Shown here: piece after piece, positions 8,096 to 18,242 of the stretch
How positions within the stretch are numbered: the stretch's first letter is position 1
Layout of the letters: the number at the start of each line of letters is the position of its first letter
Origin: an uncultured Planctomycetia bacterium
Lineage (GTDB): Bacteria > Omnitrophota > Gorgyraeia > JAGLLT01
Length of the DNA: 31,697 bases
Direction: 5' to 3'
Assembly: GCA_964418055.1 (NCBI GenBank)
Contig: CAYQKA010000003.1
Span: 1 to 31,697 of the forward strand
Notes under the pieces: model-generated
The model's database searches: none
The model's input: the letters and a program-made list of their open reading frames with translations, nothing else
What the model was told of the DNA's origin: nothing
Program-made: the position numbers and the translations under genes

Positions 8096-9235
8096 ATGTC
8101 AAAAAAATTATTTTTTATTGCAGGTGAATCCTCAGGTGATCTCCACGGAGCTCACTTAATTAACAGCATATTATCATTAGATCCAACTATCAAGACCTAC
8201 GGCATAGGTGGATCTCAAATGAAAAAAGCAGGAGCTGAAATATTTGAGGACTTAACTGACAAAGCTATTATAGGCTTTATTGAAGTCATTAAAAATATTA
8301 GATTTTTTAAAACTACTTTTGATCTAACCCTTCAAAAAATTGATCAAATTAAACCTACTGCAGTTATCCTAATTGATTATCCTGGATTCAATCTTAAAAT
8401 AGCGGCTGAAATAAAAAAAAGAAATATTCCTGTAATATATTATATTAGTCCTCAGATCTGGGCTTGGGGAAGAAAAAGAATTAAGTTAATTAGAAAAGTT
8501 GTTGATATAATGATTGTTGTTTTCCAATTTGAGGAAGTTCTATATAAACAAGAGGGCGTTAAAGTGGTCTTCTATGGCCATCCACTAATTGATATAGTAA
8601 AATCTACTGATTATAACGAAGGTATTTTGCAAAATCACAATATTGATAAATCAAAAAAAATAGTTTCACTACTTCCGGGATCAAGAATCAATGAAGTCCA
8701 ACGCATTTTACCAGTTATGCTAGAAAGCGTTTCCATAATACACAATAACAACAAAAACATTCAATTTCTAATTATAAAATCACCCAATATAAATAATAAA
8801 ATTTATGAAGATATTATGGATATTAAAAATTTACCCGTAAGGTTAATTGAGTCTGATACATACAACCTTCTGAGCATTTCTGACTTTGCTATGGTTTGTT
8901 CTGGAACAGCAACTCTCGAAACTGCAATCTTACAAATACCCATGCTCATAATCTATAAAGTTAGTTTTCTAAGCTGGTTGGTAATTAAAAATTTGATCAA
9001 AATACCATTTGTAAGTTTAGTTAATATTGTAGCAGGAAAAGAGATTGTACAAGAATTTTTGCAATTTAATGCTAAAAGCAAAATGATAGCAGCTTATACA
9101 TTAGATGTCTTAAATGATGAGAAGAAAATTAATAAAATTAAATATGACTTACGAGAGGTAACAAAGACATTGGGCAATCCAGGAGCTTGCAAACGTACGG
9201 CAGAATATATTTTAAATTTTTTATCAAATCTATAA
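8096..9235 (+). CDS. lpxB: Lipid-A-disaccharide synthase
   Basis: AGESSGDLHG, IDYPGFN, YYISPQIWAW, LLPGSR and SGTATLE motifs. Confidence 0.97.
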   Translation: MSKKLFFIAGESSGDLHGAHLINSILSLDPTIKTYGIGGSQMKKAGAEIFEDLTDKAIIGFIEVIKNIRFFKTTFDLTLQKIDQIKPTAVILIDYPGFNLKIAAEIKKRNIPVIYYISPQIWAWGRKRIKLIRKVVDIMIVVFQFEEVLYKQEGVKVVFYGHPLIDIVKSTDYNEGILQNHNIDKSKKIVSLLPGSRINEVQRILPVMLESVSIIHNNNKNIQFLIIKSPNINNKIYEDIMDIKNLPVRLIESDTYNLLSISDFAMVCSGTATLETAILQIPMLIIYKVSFLSWLVIKNLIKIPFVSLVNIVAGKEIVQEFLQFNAKSKMIAAYTLDVLNDEKKINKIKYDLREVTKTLGNPGACKRTAEYILNFLSNL

Positions 9236-10033
9236 AGCTAATATAGTAATTCCTAATTTATTAGCTTGATCTATCAATGTTTTTTTATCAATCAAAAGTG
9301 TCTTTTGTGCTTCAATTGCAATTACTTTAACTTTTGATTTTTTTAAAATTTTAAGTGTTTTTAAACCTATTACAGGGATATCAAAACGCATATCATGATT
9401 TGGTTTTGAAACTTTAACTACAACAGCCTGAGGACCACCTAATTTAGCTGCCCTTCTAATGGCTGCATCAGTACCTTCGATTGACTCTACTGCTAAAATT
9501 GCCCTATTTTTCACTACAATAGTTTGGCCAATGGCCAGTCGAGCAATCTCTTTCGCAATCTTTTTTGCAAATTCAATATCATCTAATTCGCTATCAGTCG
9601 GCCGTCTATTTGTTAGGAGACCCTTAGGAGCTAAGCATTCCTTAAGTAAAAATGATGAGTCAAGAAGCTTTATATTTCTCTTTTCTAGCTCCCGCGCTAA
9701 AGCAATTAACAAAGAATCGCCGCGCTTATCCTTTACTTTTTTTAATATATCATTAAGAACTTTATCTTTTTTTAGCCATGGTTTAAATAGATGTATTGGT
9801 CTAATTTGACCAGCCATTATTGCTTCGGAAATACATTCTTTTTTAAAAATATCAAATAACTTACCAAGCTCTCCAATTTTTATCCAATAAACTTTTGTTG
9901 CATGTTTAACAATTTCCATGGATGTCTCACCAATAAAAGCTATAGCAATAATTTCTACATCTTGTTGCTTGGCAGATATTGCCGCCATAATTGGAAACTT
10001 ACCATTACCCGCAATAAGACCTAGGCGATTCAT
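9230..10033 (-). CDS. lpxI: UDP-2,3-diacylglucosamine pyrophosphatase LpxI
   Basis: LGLIAGNGKFP, IGQTIVV, AVESIEGTD and DMRFDIPVIG motifs; directly after lpxA. Confidence 0.92.
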   Translation of the reverse strand: MNRLGLIAGNGKFPIMAAISAKQQDVEIIAIAFIGETSMEIVKHATKVYWIKIGELGKLFDIFKKECISEAIMAGQIRPIHLFKPWLKKDKVLNDILKKVKDKRGDSLLIALARELEKRNIKLLDSSFLLKECLAPKGLLTNRRPTDSELDDIEFAKKIAKEIARLAIGQTIVVKNRAILAVESIEGTDAAIRRAAKLGGPQAVVVKVSKPNHDMRFDIPVIGLKTLKILKKSKVKVIAIEAQKTLLIDKKTLIDQANKLGITILAL

Positions 10034-10803
10034 TAACTACAGAATCCTCTTTTTGATTTTTTAATAAAATTTGCAAGATAAGCTAACTCAGGAGATTTCT
10101 TAATATCATTTTGGATGAGTTTTACTGCATGAGATGTTCTAAGTTGAGATTTTGTTAAAATTTGTATAGCCTTTTTTAAATCATTTCTTATGGTAGAGGG
10201 AATATTGCCTCTTCTTAAGCCAACAACATTGAGCCCTTTTGTTTTAGCGGGATGTCCATCCACCAATGAATATGGCAAAACGTCCTGCACTACTTTTGAA
10301 CAACCACCGATCATAGCAAAAGTACCTACGCGCGTAAACTGATGCACAGCTGCTAAACCACCAACAACTACCCTATCTTCTATCTCAACGAAACCAGCTA
10401 AAGTTCCACAATTAGCGATTATAATATTATTACCTAAAATGCATTCATGAGCAACATGACAATAAGCCATCAAAAGATTATTATTACCAATGACTGTTTT
10501 GTTACCCTCTTCTGTAGCAGAATTAATAGTCACGTATTCTCTAAAAGTATTATTATTACCTATTTCAAGATAAGTAACCCTGTTCTTGTATTTTAAATCT
10601 TGAGGAACTGAACCGATTACACCACCCGTATAAAAAGCACAATCTTTACCTATAGATGTATAACCCGTAACATAGCAGTTGGCTCCGACAATAGTGTTAT
10701 CATCTATTTTAACGTTTTCTTCTATAATACTGTAAGGTCCTACTTTAACTCCCTTACCTAATTTAGCTTTTGGATGAACTAATGCTGTTGAATGAATATT
10801 CAT
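10033..10803 (-). CDS. lpxA: UDP-GlcNAc (or GlcNAc3N) acyltransferase
   Basis: Hexapeptide repeats, PQDLKY, HVAHEC (catalytic His119), AVHQF, GLNVVGLRR. Confidence 0.95.
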   Translation of the reverse strand: MNIHSTALVHPKAKLGKGVKVGPYSIIEENVKIDDNTIVGANCYVTGYTSIGKDCAFYTGGVIGSVPQDLKYKNRVTYLEIGNNNTFREYVTINSATEEGNKTVIGNNNLLMAYCHVAHECILGNNIIIANCGTLAGFVEIEDRVVVGGLAAVHQFTRVGTFAMIGGCSKVVQDVLPYSLVDGHPAKTKGLNVVGLRRGNIPSTIRNDLKKAIQILTKSQLRTSHAVKLIQNDIKKSPELAYLANFIKKSKRGFCS

Positions 10804-10807
10804 TTTT

Positions 10808-12136
10808 TTATGCCTTAACTAAACTAAATCTTAGGTCAGCTTCAGAAACTATATTTCCATCTACTGATGCTTTAGTGCGAACTTCACCTGTCTTTGATTT
10901 AATTTTAACAATTTCTACTTCAAATACTAACTGATCTCCAGGGACAACTGTCCTTCTAAATTTAACATTATTCATACTCATAAAATATGCAATTTTTCCT
11001 GCACTAGACGATTTACTTAAAAGTAAAACCCCAGCAACTTGAGCCATAGCCTCGACGATTAAAACTCCAGGCATAATCGGTTTTCCTGGAAAATGTCCCT
11101 CAAAGAAATATTCATTCATGGTTACATTCTTTATGCCTACCGCCCTTTTGTCTTCCTCTAATTCAATTATTTTATCGATTAGTAGAAATGGGTAACGATG
11201 AGGCAAAATATTCTGAATATCGGTTATATTAAGTGGTGGCATACCTGAAAATACTGCTGGTGATTTTATACCTGCTTCTTTAACCTTTTTAATATAACTA
11301 AACATTTTTTCAGTTAGTTTTATATTTAAAGAATGCCCACTTTTTAAGGCAATAATTTTTCCCTTAATGGGTTTTCCTAGAAGATATAAATCTCCAATCA
11401 AATCCGCAATCTTATGACGCACGAATTCATTGCTAAATCTCAATTTATTATTTATAATACCCTCTTTGCCAATAACAATGGTATTCTCATAATTTGCCCC
11501 TTTTCCCAAACCCATCTTTTTTAAAGCTTCTACTTCTTCATTAAGACAAAACGTTCTGGCTGGAGCAATTTCTTTTTCAAAAACATTTTTATCTATATTA
11601 ATACTCATAAATTGGGAACTTAAAAGAGGGTTTTCGTAACTCAAAGTATAAGAAACCTCAAATGAATCATAGGGCAATATAATCAAGGAGCGGTCATTTT
11701 CTTCAAGCCAAATAGGTATTCTGGGTGTAAAATATTCTTTTTCAGCTTCCTGTTCCTTTGTGCCTGCTTTTTTTACCAAATCCACAAAACCTTGAGTACT
11801 ACCGTCTAATCCTGGAAGTTCTTCGGAATCTAGTTCAACGACAATATTATCGATGCCTGTACCACATAAAGCGGACATTATATGTTCGATTGTATGTATC
11901 TCAACGCTCATGCCATCTTTTTTTATCCCGATTGACGTTCTTCTCAATCTTTTTTTTGGATCAATAATATTTGAAATATGTGCCTTAACTACAGGCTTTC
12001 CTGGTAAATCTACTCTTATGAAATTTATACCACTATCTGCTAAAGCAGGTTTAAATCTCCCATTAACCTCTTTACCAGTATGTATACCAAATCCACTAAA
12101 ACTTACTTCTTTTTCAATAGTTTTTTGTTTTTCCAT
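10808..12136 (-). CDS. lpxC-fabZ: Bifunctional LpxC deacetylase / FabZ dehydratase fusion
   Basis: LpxC motifs HTIEH, HKIADLIGDL and SGHSLN, followed in frame by FabZ motifs HRYPFLLID and GHFPGKPIMPGVLIVEAMAQ. Start is ATG 12136 or 12142. Confidence 0.95.
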   Translation of the reverse strand: MEKQKTIEKEVSFSGFGIHTGKEVNGRFKPALADSGINFIRVDLPGKPVVKAHISNIIDPKKRLRRTSIGIKKDGMSVEIHTIEHIMSALCGTGIDNIVVELDSEELPGLDGSTQGFVDLVKKAGTKEQEAEKEYFTPRIPIWLEENDRSLIILPYDSFEVSYTLSYENPLLSSQFMSINIDKNVFEKEIAPARTFCLNEEVEALKKMGLGKGANYENTIVIGKEGIINNKLRFSNEFVRHKIADLIGDLYLLGKPIKGKIIALKSGHSLNIKLTEKMFSYIKKVKEAGIKSPAVFSGMPPLNITDIQNILPHRYPFLLIDKIIELEEDKRAVGIKNVTMNEYFFEGHFPGKPIMPGVLIVEAMAQVAGVLLLSKSSSAGKIAYFMSMNNVKFRRTVVPGDQLVFEVEIVKIKSKTGEVRTKASVDGNIVSEADLRFSLVKA

Positions 12137-12180
12137 CCTCATTAAACCTTTAGAATATTTTATCTTATGGAGATGTTAGT

Positions 12181-13209
12181 TTATTTACGTTTTTCCAATT
12201 CCTCAATACGATTTTGAAGTTCCTTAATAGTCTTCATCATTTCAGGCAGTCTCTGAACGCAAGCATTGACTCTTTTGGCAATATTGTGGGGCTTAGCGGG
12301 ATAACCGGAAACTTTTGTGTTAGGTGGGACTGACTTAGTTACTCCAGCTTGAGCAGCAACGATAGAGCCATCTCCAATACTAATATGGCCCACTACGCCA
12401 GATTGACCTGCTAAAATAACCTCTCTACCAATAACGGTACTACCAGAAATGCCAGCTTGAGCAACAACTATTGAATTTTCTCCGATTACTACATTATGAG
12501 CTATCTGGACTAAATTATCTATTTTTGTACCTCTACCAACAACAGTTTTATCAAATCTAGCCCTATCAATAGTAACATTGGCACCTATTTCAACATCATC
12601 TTCAATAGCCACAGTCCCAATCTGTGGTATCTTATGATGTACACCTTTAACCGTAGCAAATCCAAAACCATCACTTCCTATAACACTTCCCGAGTGAATA
12701 ATTACCCTGTCACCTATGGTAACTCTCTCTCTAATAGACACACTGGGATAAATAATGCAATTCTTACCTATCTTAGCATGATGCCCAAGATATACGCCAC
12801 TATACAAAACAGCATTGTCATCTATCTCTGCATAATCTTCAACAACTACATAAGGTTGAATAGCTACATTTTTACCCAACTTTACACTATTACCAATAAT
12901 AGCTGTTGAATGTATTCCTTCAGGATGTTTATCTTCATTGGGAGCCAAAAGGGAAACCAATCGAGAGAAAGCTAACGATGGGTTATCAGTTTTAATAATT
13001 GTTTTAGGTCCACTATTTACATCACTTGAGGTAATTATAGCTGAGGCATTTGTAGCATCCATTAAATTCATATACTTTGAATTAGCTATAAAAGTAATAT
13101 CTCCTTTTTTAGCCTCTTTTATTCCTGAAACACCAGTAATATGAATGTTTTCATCACCTACAACAGTGCCATCAATTAATTTAGCAATTTCTTTTAGTGT
13201 AGTTTTCAT
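12181..13209 (-). CDS. lpxD: UDP-3-O-acyl-glucosamine N-acyltransferase
   Basis: [24 protein letters not shown] and LAGQSGV motifs; hexapeptide repeats. Confidence 0.96.
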   Translation of the reverse strand: MKTTLKEIAKLIDGTVVGDENIHITGVSGIKEAKKGDITFIANSKYMNLMDATNASAIITSSDVNSGPKTIIKTDNPSLAFSRLVSLLAPNEDKHPEGIHSTAIIGNSVKLGKNVAIQPYVVVEDYAEIDDNAVLYSGVYLGHHAKIGKNCIIYPSVSIRERVTIGDRVIIHSGSVIGSDGFGFATVKGVHHKIPQIGTVAIEDDVEIGANVTIDRARFDKTVVGRGTKIDNLVQIAHNVVIGENSIVVAQAGISGSTVIGREVILAGQSGVVGHISIGDGSIVAAQAGVTKSVPPNTKVSGYPAKPHNIAKRVNACVQRLPEMMKTIKELQNRIEELEKRK

Positions 13210-13223
13210 ATATATACCTTATT

Positions 13224-13739
13224 TTACTTACACCTTTTATTAAGTTCATTTAAAACATTTTCAGTTAAATCATAACTATCTTGCCCATAAAGTATCATGC
13301 GTTCATTAAAAATTAGTGTGTAACCTTCTTTTTTACCAATTTCCTTTACTAATTTATCAAACTCTTTAATGATTTCTTTAGCTGCATCATCTTTTTCTTT
13401 GAGCAATTCTTTACTAGCTCCCCGATCAAAAGCTTGTAGTTCTCTAATTTTTTCATTTATTTGATTTTGTATTTTATCCTTTTCAGCATCACTAGCCAAC
13501 TCAAATTTATCTTTGAGCTTTCTTACTTGTGTTACCATTTTATCGTGCTCTTTTTGCTTTTTTTCACCTTTTTTTTCTAAGTCTTTCTCTGTTGAAATTG
13601 TCTTTTTATAATTATTAAAAACTTTTACAAAATCAACATAGCCAAATTTCATTTCCGCATAAGACACACTTGTTAATAGAAGCGTGAACATGATTAATAT
13701 AATAAAGCTAGTTCCTAATATTCTGCCTATCTTGCCCAT
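13224..13739 (-). CDS. skp: Skp/OmpH periplasmic chaperone
   Basis: Signal peptide ending SYA-E, then KFGYVDF, coiled coil, and C-terminal YDLTENVL; between bamA and lpxD; GGAGG 7 nt before ATG 13739. Confidence 0.9.
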   Translation of the reverse strand: MGKIGRILGTSFIILIMFTLLLTSVSYAEMKFGYVDFVKVFNNYKKTISTEKDLEKKGEKKQKEHDKMVTQVRKLKDKFELASDAEKDKIQNQINEKIRELQAFDRGASKELLKEKDDAAKEIIKEFDKLVKEIGKKEGYTLIFNERMILYGQDSYDLTENVLNELNKRCK

Positions 13740-13770
13740 CAAGCTACCTCCGTCTAGTATTAGATAAAGT

Positions 13771-16056
13771 TTAAAAGCCCCTGCTCATACTAAAGTGAAA
13801 TCTACCTTTTTTGTCTCCTGGATCATAGTCAAGTCCATAACCATAATCAACTTTGACAGGACCAATAGGAGTTTTGACTCTGACACCCAAACCAACTGCA
13901 GATTTAAAATCCTTACCCACATCTCCAATGTCAGACCAAACATTTCCTATATCATAAAAAACAGCACCTTTAATGTTTTTCACAACCGGAAAAGTATATT
14001 CCAAATTACCTATTAACATTGAATCTCCGCCTATTGGTTCACCGCTTATTTTTGGACCTACGTGTCTTTCTTTATAACCACGAATAGTATTTGCACCACC
14101 AGCATAAAACCTTTCATAAATTGGAACCATATTCGTGTCACCATATTCACCAGATAGACCAGCTCTCAATTTAGTTTCAAATGTGAAATTTTCAAAATGC
14201 GTGAAGTACCAATCAAGCTCACCCATATATTTAACAAAATCTCTATCACCGGCAAGAGGACCACCGGCTATTTCAAGAGTATTATCAATAATACCACCAG
14301 ATTTAGGATTATAGCTACTATCTCTCGTGTCTCTTACAAGGCTAAGCTGGAGTGAACTTATTGTATGTTCACCCTCTTCTTCCCAAACATCAGGAAGATT
14401 CTCAGGCGTAGCCCAATAAGGAATATCGCCAAGTTTAACCTGCTCTAGTTTATACATAGCACCAACACGAATATTATCATTTATTCTTTTCCCTAAACGT
14501 AAATCTCCACCCAAGCGTTGTAATTCGTATAAATTCCTTGATCGATACCTATTATAAAAATCAAATCCAAATGATATCGGTTTATTAAAAATCCAAGGTT
14601 CTGTAAAGCTTAACTCATAATATTCTTTCTCGCTACCAAATTCTGCTCTTATAGATAATTTTTGACCGTCACCCGTAAAGGTGGGCCAATTTCTCCAGTC
14701 AAAATTACGTTGCTGTAATTCAACAAAACCAATAAACTTATCTACAGAACTATAACCAGCCCCAAAACTAACTTGTCCAGTTTTAGTTTCCTTCACATTT
14801 ATGATTAAATCCTTCTTATTAGGAGCTGAACCTGGAGCCGTATCATATGTAATCTCTTCAAAATAACCTAAATTATTTAGATTTTGCTTGCTTCTTTTAA
14901 GCTGAGCCCCATCAAAAACTCCTCCTGGCTTAATTTTTAATTCTCTTCTTATAACAATATCTTTTGTTTTATCATTACCCCGAATTATAACTTTTTCAAT
15001 ATAAGCTAATTCATTCTCAGTGATATTATAAGTAATATCCATTTGTTGTTTCTGCTTATTAAAAACCACCTCAGGAATAGTTCTTGCTGATATATAACCC
15101 TTTTCAAAGTAGAGTTCATTGATTCCAGCAACATCATTTTCGAGTTTATATGGTGTAAATGTTGAATTAGGATGCATTTTCAAGGATTTTTCTATGGTCG
15201 CTGCGTCAATAACATCATTACCTTTTATATTAATTATACCAACTGTATATTTATCGCCTTCATATATATCCAATATTATAGTCATAGTATTCTTGTTTTT
15301 ATCATACTCAACATCATGGGTAATTTCTGCATCGGCATAACCCTTATCAGCATAAAATTGCTTAATAGTTCTAATATCACTCTTAAATTTAGCATCATCA
15401 AAAAACCCTGAAGTAAACAATGAATCTCTTTTAGTCTGTATTGACTTTAATATAACCTTTGTAGCTACAGCCTTATTGCCTTTAACCTTAATATTAGAAA
15501 TTCTATATTTACCGCCTTCATCTGCCAAAATAAAAACTCTAGCTTCATTCGTATCTTTATCAACAAGTATCTCTTCTTCAACTATAGCTAGATGATAACC
15601 CTCTTTAATATAAAAGTTTTTTATCTTATCAATATCTTGATGAAGTTGGACATAGTCTAAAGGCTGATCAATCTGAGAATCCATCAGTCTACGAAGTCTC
15701 TCATCTTTTATTTGCTGATTACCTCTAAAGATAATTTCTTTCAGAAGGGGCTTTTCAGTAACTATGAAAGTGACTAAAACACCTCCATCTTCATCCTGAA
15801 GGTCAGCATTAATATCAGTAAAATACCCAGACGCATACAGGTTCTTTATGTCCTCATTCAATTTATCCTGTGAGAACTCAGAACCTATTTGAGTTTTTAC
15901 TTTCGAAAGTATTGTAGGCGTGCTGATTAATTTATTGTTTACAACCTTAACTTCAACAACTAATTTGCCAGTCAGGTCCTCTTCGGCAAATAAATCAGCC
16001 CTCATCCCCACTAATACTAGCATCACCACTATTATAAAAAAAAATTTCTTCCGCAT
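13771..16056 (-). CDS. bamA: Outer membrane protein assembly factor BamA
   Basis: POTRA repeats (GNDKTKDIVIRRE), KETKTGQVSFGAGYS, YAGGANTIRGY and a C-terminal Phe. Likely start ATG 16056 or 16062; the track's longer N-terminus overlaps dnaB. Confidence 0.95.
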   Translation of the reverse strand: MRKKFFFIIVVMLVLVGMRADLFAEEDLTGKLVVEVKVVNNKLISTPTILSKVKTQIGSEFSQDKLNEDIKNLYASGYFTDINADLQDEDGGVLVTFIVTEKPLLKEIIFRGNQQIKDERLRRLMDSQIDQPLDYVQLHQDIDKIKNFYIKEGYHLAIVEEEILVDKDTNEARVFILADEGGKYRISNIKVKGNKAVATKVILKSIQTKRDSLFTSGFFDDAKFKSDIRTIKQFYADKGYADAEITHDVEYDKNKNTMTIILDIYEGDKYTVGIINIKGNDVIDAATIEKSLKMHPNSTFTPYKLENDVAGINELYFEKGYISARTIPEVVFNKQKQQMDITYNITENELAYIEKVIIRGNDKTKDIVIRRELKIKPGGVFDGAQLKRSKQNLNNLGYFEEITYDTAPGSAPNKKDLIINVKETKTGQVSFGAGYSSVDKFIGFVELQQRNFDWRNWPTFTGDGQKLSIRAEFGSEKEYYELSFTEPWIFNKPISFGFDFYNRYRSRNLYELQRLGGDLRLGKRINDNIRVGAMYKLEQVKLGDIPYWATPENLPDVWEEEGEHTISSLQLSLVRDTRDSSYNPKSGGIIDNTLEIAGGPLAGDRDFVKYMGELDWYFTHFENFTFETKLRAGLSGEYGDTNMVPIYERFYAGGANTIRGYKERHVGPKISGEPIGGDSMLIGNLEYTFPVVKNIKGAVFYDIGNVWSDIGDVGKDFKSAVGLGVRVKTPIGPVKVDYGYGLDYDPGDKKGRFHFSMSRGF

Positions 16057-16135
16057 TATCATATAATATATCATAGTATAGGTTAATTGTAAACTGTATA
16101 TTGAAAGTTTTTTATCACTTAAATTCCTTACAAAA

Positions 16136-17500
16136 TTATGTGTGCTCACCTTCAGCATAATTTTCAAATCTTGCAAATTCTTTTATAAACGTAAGATAAA
16201 AATTACCGACGGGTCCATTTCTTTGCTTAGCCATTATTACTTCTGCTCGCCCTTTATTTTCCGGAGAAGGGCTGTAATACTCTTCTCTTAAAAGAAGAGC
16301 AACTACATCAGCATCTTGTTCAATGGCACCAGATTCCCTCAAATCCGAAAGTTGGGGCCTTCTATCTGTTCTTGACTCTACAGCTCTTGATAGCTGACTA
16401 ACAGCTATAACTGGCACTTCTAGCTCTCTAGCTAACGCCTTCAGAGAACGCGAAATATCAGAGATTTCCTGCTGCCTACCATCTGAACGAGCAGATCCTT
16501 GCATAAGCTGCAAATAATCAACCATAATTAGTTGAATATCATGTTGAGACTTAAGTCTTCTAGCTTTTGCTCTCAATTGCAAAGCAGAAATACTAGGGGT
16601 ATCATCAATATATATAGGTGCGTCTGCTAAAATACTTGCCGCACTTGTAAGCTTAGGCCATTCATTCTTTTCCGAAAGATAACCTGTTCTCACTTTTTGA
16701 ATATCAACCCTAGCATGCGAGCAAAGCAATCTTTGCACCAATTGCTCTTTAGACATTTCAAGACTGAATATAGCTACAGGTACAGAATCTCTAACTGCAG
16801 CATGCTCAAGCATCCTCAAAGCTAAAGAAGTTTTTCCCATTGAAGGACGTCCGGCCACTACCACTAAGTCTGATTTTTGTAAACCAGCGGTCATAATATC
16901 AAAATCGGTTAAACCAGTAGCAACTCCCGTTACATGAGTTTTGTTCTGATATAACTTATCAATAGTTTCAATGCTATCTTTAATGATATCCTTCAACGAA
17001 ATAAAACCAGCCTCCACTTTATGACTGGTTATATCAAAAATAAGTTTTTCAGCTTTATCAAGAAGTTCATCCACATCCTCAAACTCGTCACCATAACCAT
17101 CGCTTACAATCTGAGTTGAGGCATTAATTAATTTACGTAGAACACTTTTCTCTTTTACTATTCTAGCATAATGTTCCACATTGGCCGCAGTCGGAACCTC
17201 TGACGCTAAAGATGTTAAATAAGCTGGCCCACCTACTTCGTTTAAAAAACCCTGCTTTTTTAGAATTTCCGTTACTATTAAAACATCGGCCGCTTTATTT
17301 TCAGAAAATAGATCGCACATCACAGAAAAAACTCTTCTATTAGCACTGTTGTAAAAATCATCTTCATGCAACAGTTCAATAGAAGCTGATATTGCAGATT
17401 CCTCAATAAGCATCGAGCCTAAGACAGCTCTCTCCGCTTCAACACTTTGAGGAGGTACTCTTTCTAAAATACTATCCTTAGTTTTTAACCCGCTCATCAT
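16136..17500 (-). CDS. dnaB: Replicative DNA helicase
   Basis: PPQSVEAE, Walker A GRPSMGKT, FSLEM, DYLQLM and RESGAIEQDAD motifs; 454 aa with no intein. Confidence 0.98.
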   Translation of the reverse strand: MMSGLKTKDSILERVPPQSVEAERAVLGSMLIEESAISASIELLHEDDFYNSANRRVFSVMCDLFSENKAADVLIVTEILKKQGFLNEVGGPAYLTSLASEVPTAANVEHYARIVKEKSVLRKLINASTQIVSDGYGDEFEDVDELLDKAEKLIFDITSHKVEAGFISLKDIIKDSIETIDKLYQNKTHVTGVATGLTDFDIMTAGLQKSDLVVVAGRPSMGKTSLALRMLEHAAVRDSVPVAIFSLEMSKEQLVQRLLCSHARVDIQKVRTGYLSEKNEWPKLTSAASILADAPIYIDDTPSISALQLRAKARRLKSQHDIQLIMVDYLQLMQGSARSDGRQQEISDISRSLKALARELEVPVIAVSQLSRAVESRTDRRPQLSDLRESGAIEQDADVVALLLREEYYSPSPENKGRAEVIMAKQRNGPVGNFYLTFIKEFARFENYAEGEHT

Positions 17501-17940
17501 TCCTTAACTACCCAGACTTTAATATTGGCAATAATATCTGGGTAAATTTTTATTGGAATTTGATATATGCCTAATTTTTTAATTGGCTCATCAAGTTGAA
17601 TTTTCTTCTTATCAATTTCAGCAACTTCCTGCTTTATACAATCAGATATATCTTGCGCTGTTACTGCTCCGTAAAGTTTGTCATCTACTCCTGCTTTACA
17701 AGAAATAGTGTAGGAATGATTTTCAAGTTCACTAACAAAAACCTTTGCTTCTTCTTTATTCTTTGCTTCTTTTGCCACTAATTTAACTTGCTCTTGCTCT
17801 AAATTTTTCAAATTTGACTTATTCGACTCAACAGCTAAACCTTTAGGAATCAAAAAGTTTCTAGCAAAACCATCTTTAACTTCCTTAACTTCACCTCTTA
17901 AGCCAATTTTATCAATATTAGATTTAAGGATAACCTTCAT
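17497..17940 (-). CDS. rplI: 50S ribosomal protein L9
   Basis: MKVIL, VKDGFARNFLIPKG, KLYGAVT and PIKKLG motifs. Confidence 0.97.
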   Translation of the reverse strand: MKVILKSNIDKIGLRGEVKEVKDGFARNFLIPKGLAVESNKSNLKNLEQEQVKLVAKEAKNKEEAKVFVSELENHSYTISCKAGVDDKLYGAVTAQDISDCIKQEVAEIDKKKIQLDEPIKKLGIYQIPIKIYPDIIANIKVWVVKE

Positions 17941-17963
17941 ATACAAACCTTTCGGTTAAAAAA

Positions 17964-18206
17964 TTAACGTGCTCTGCCCAAATAAGGTACTAGAGCCATA
18001 AACCTAGCTCTTTTAACAGCTGTAGCCAACATTCGCTGGTGCTTAGCACAAGTGCCTGTTATTCTTGATGGTACAATTTTACCTCTGTCAGTCATAAAGC
18101 TCTGAAGCACATTTAAATCCTTATAATCCAGAGTGTTGACTTTATCTTTGCAAAATCTGCAAACTTTTTTCCTGCCAAAACTTTTTCTAAATTCTTTTTT
18201 AATCAT
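17964..18206 (-). CDS. rpsR: 30S ribosomal protein S18 (cysteine-containing form)
   Basis: [27 protein letters not shown] motifs. Confidence 0.97.
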   Translation of the reverse strand: MIKKEFRKSFGRKKVCRFCKDKVNTLDYKDLNVLQSFMTDRGKIVPSRITGTCAKHQRMLATAVKRARFMALVPYLGRAR

Positions 18207-18242
18207 TCTTCAAACTCTCCTCAGTAAATATCACTAATTAAA

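Noticed and set aside
16136-17500. Intein in dnaB
   Set aside because: The length is normal (454 aa) and the motifs are contiguous.
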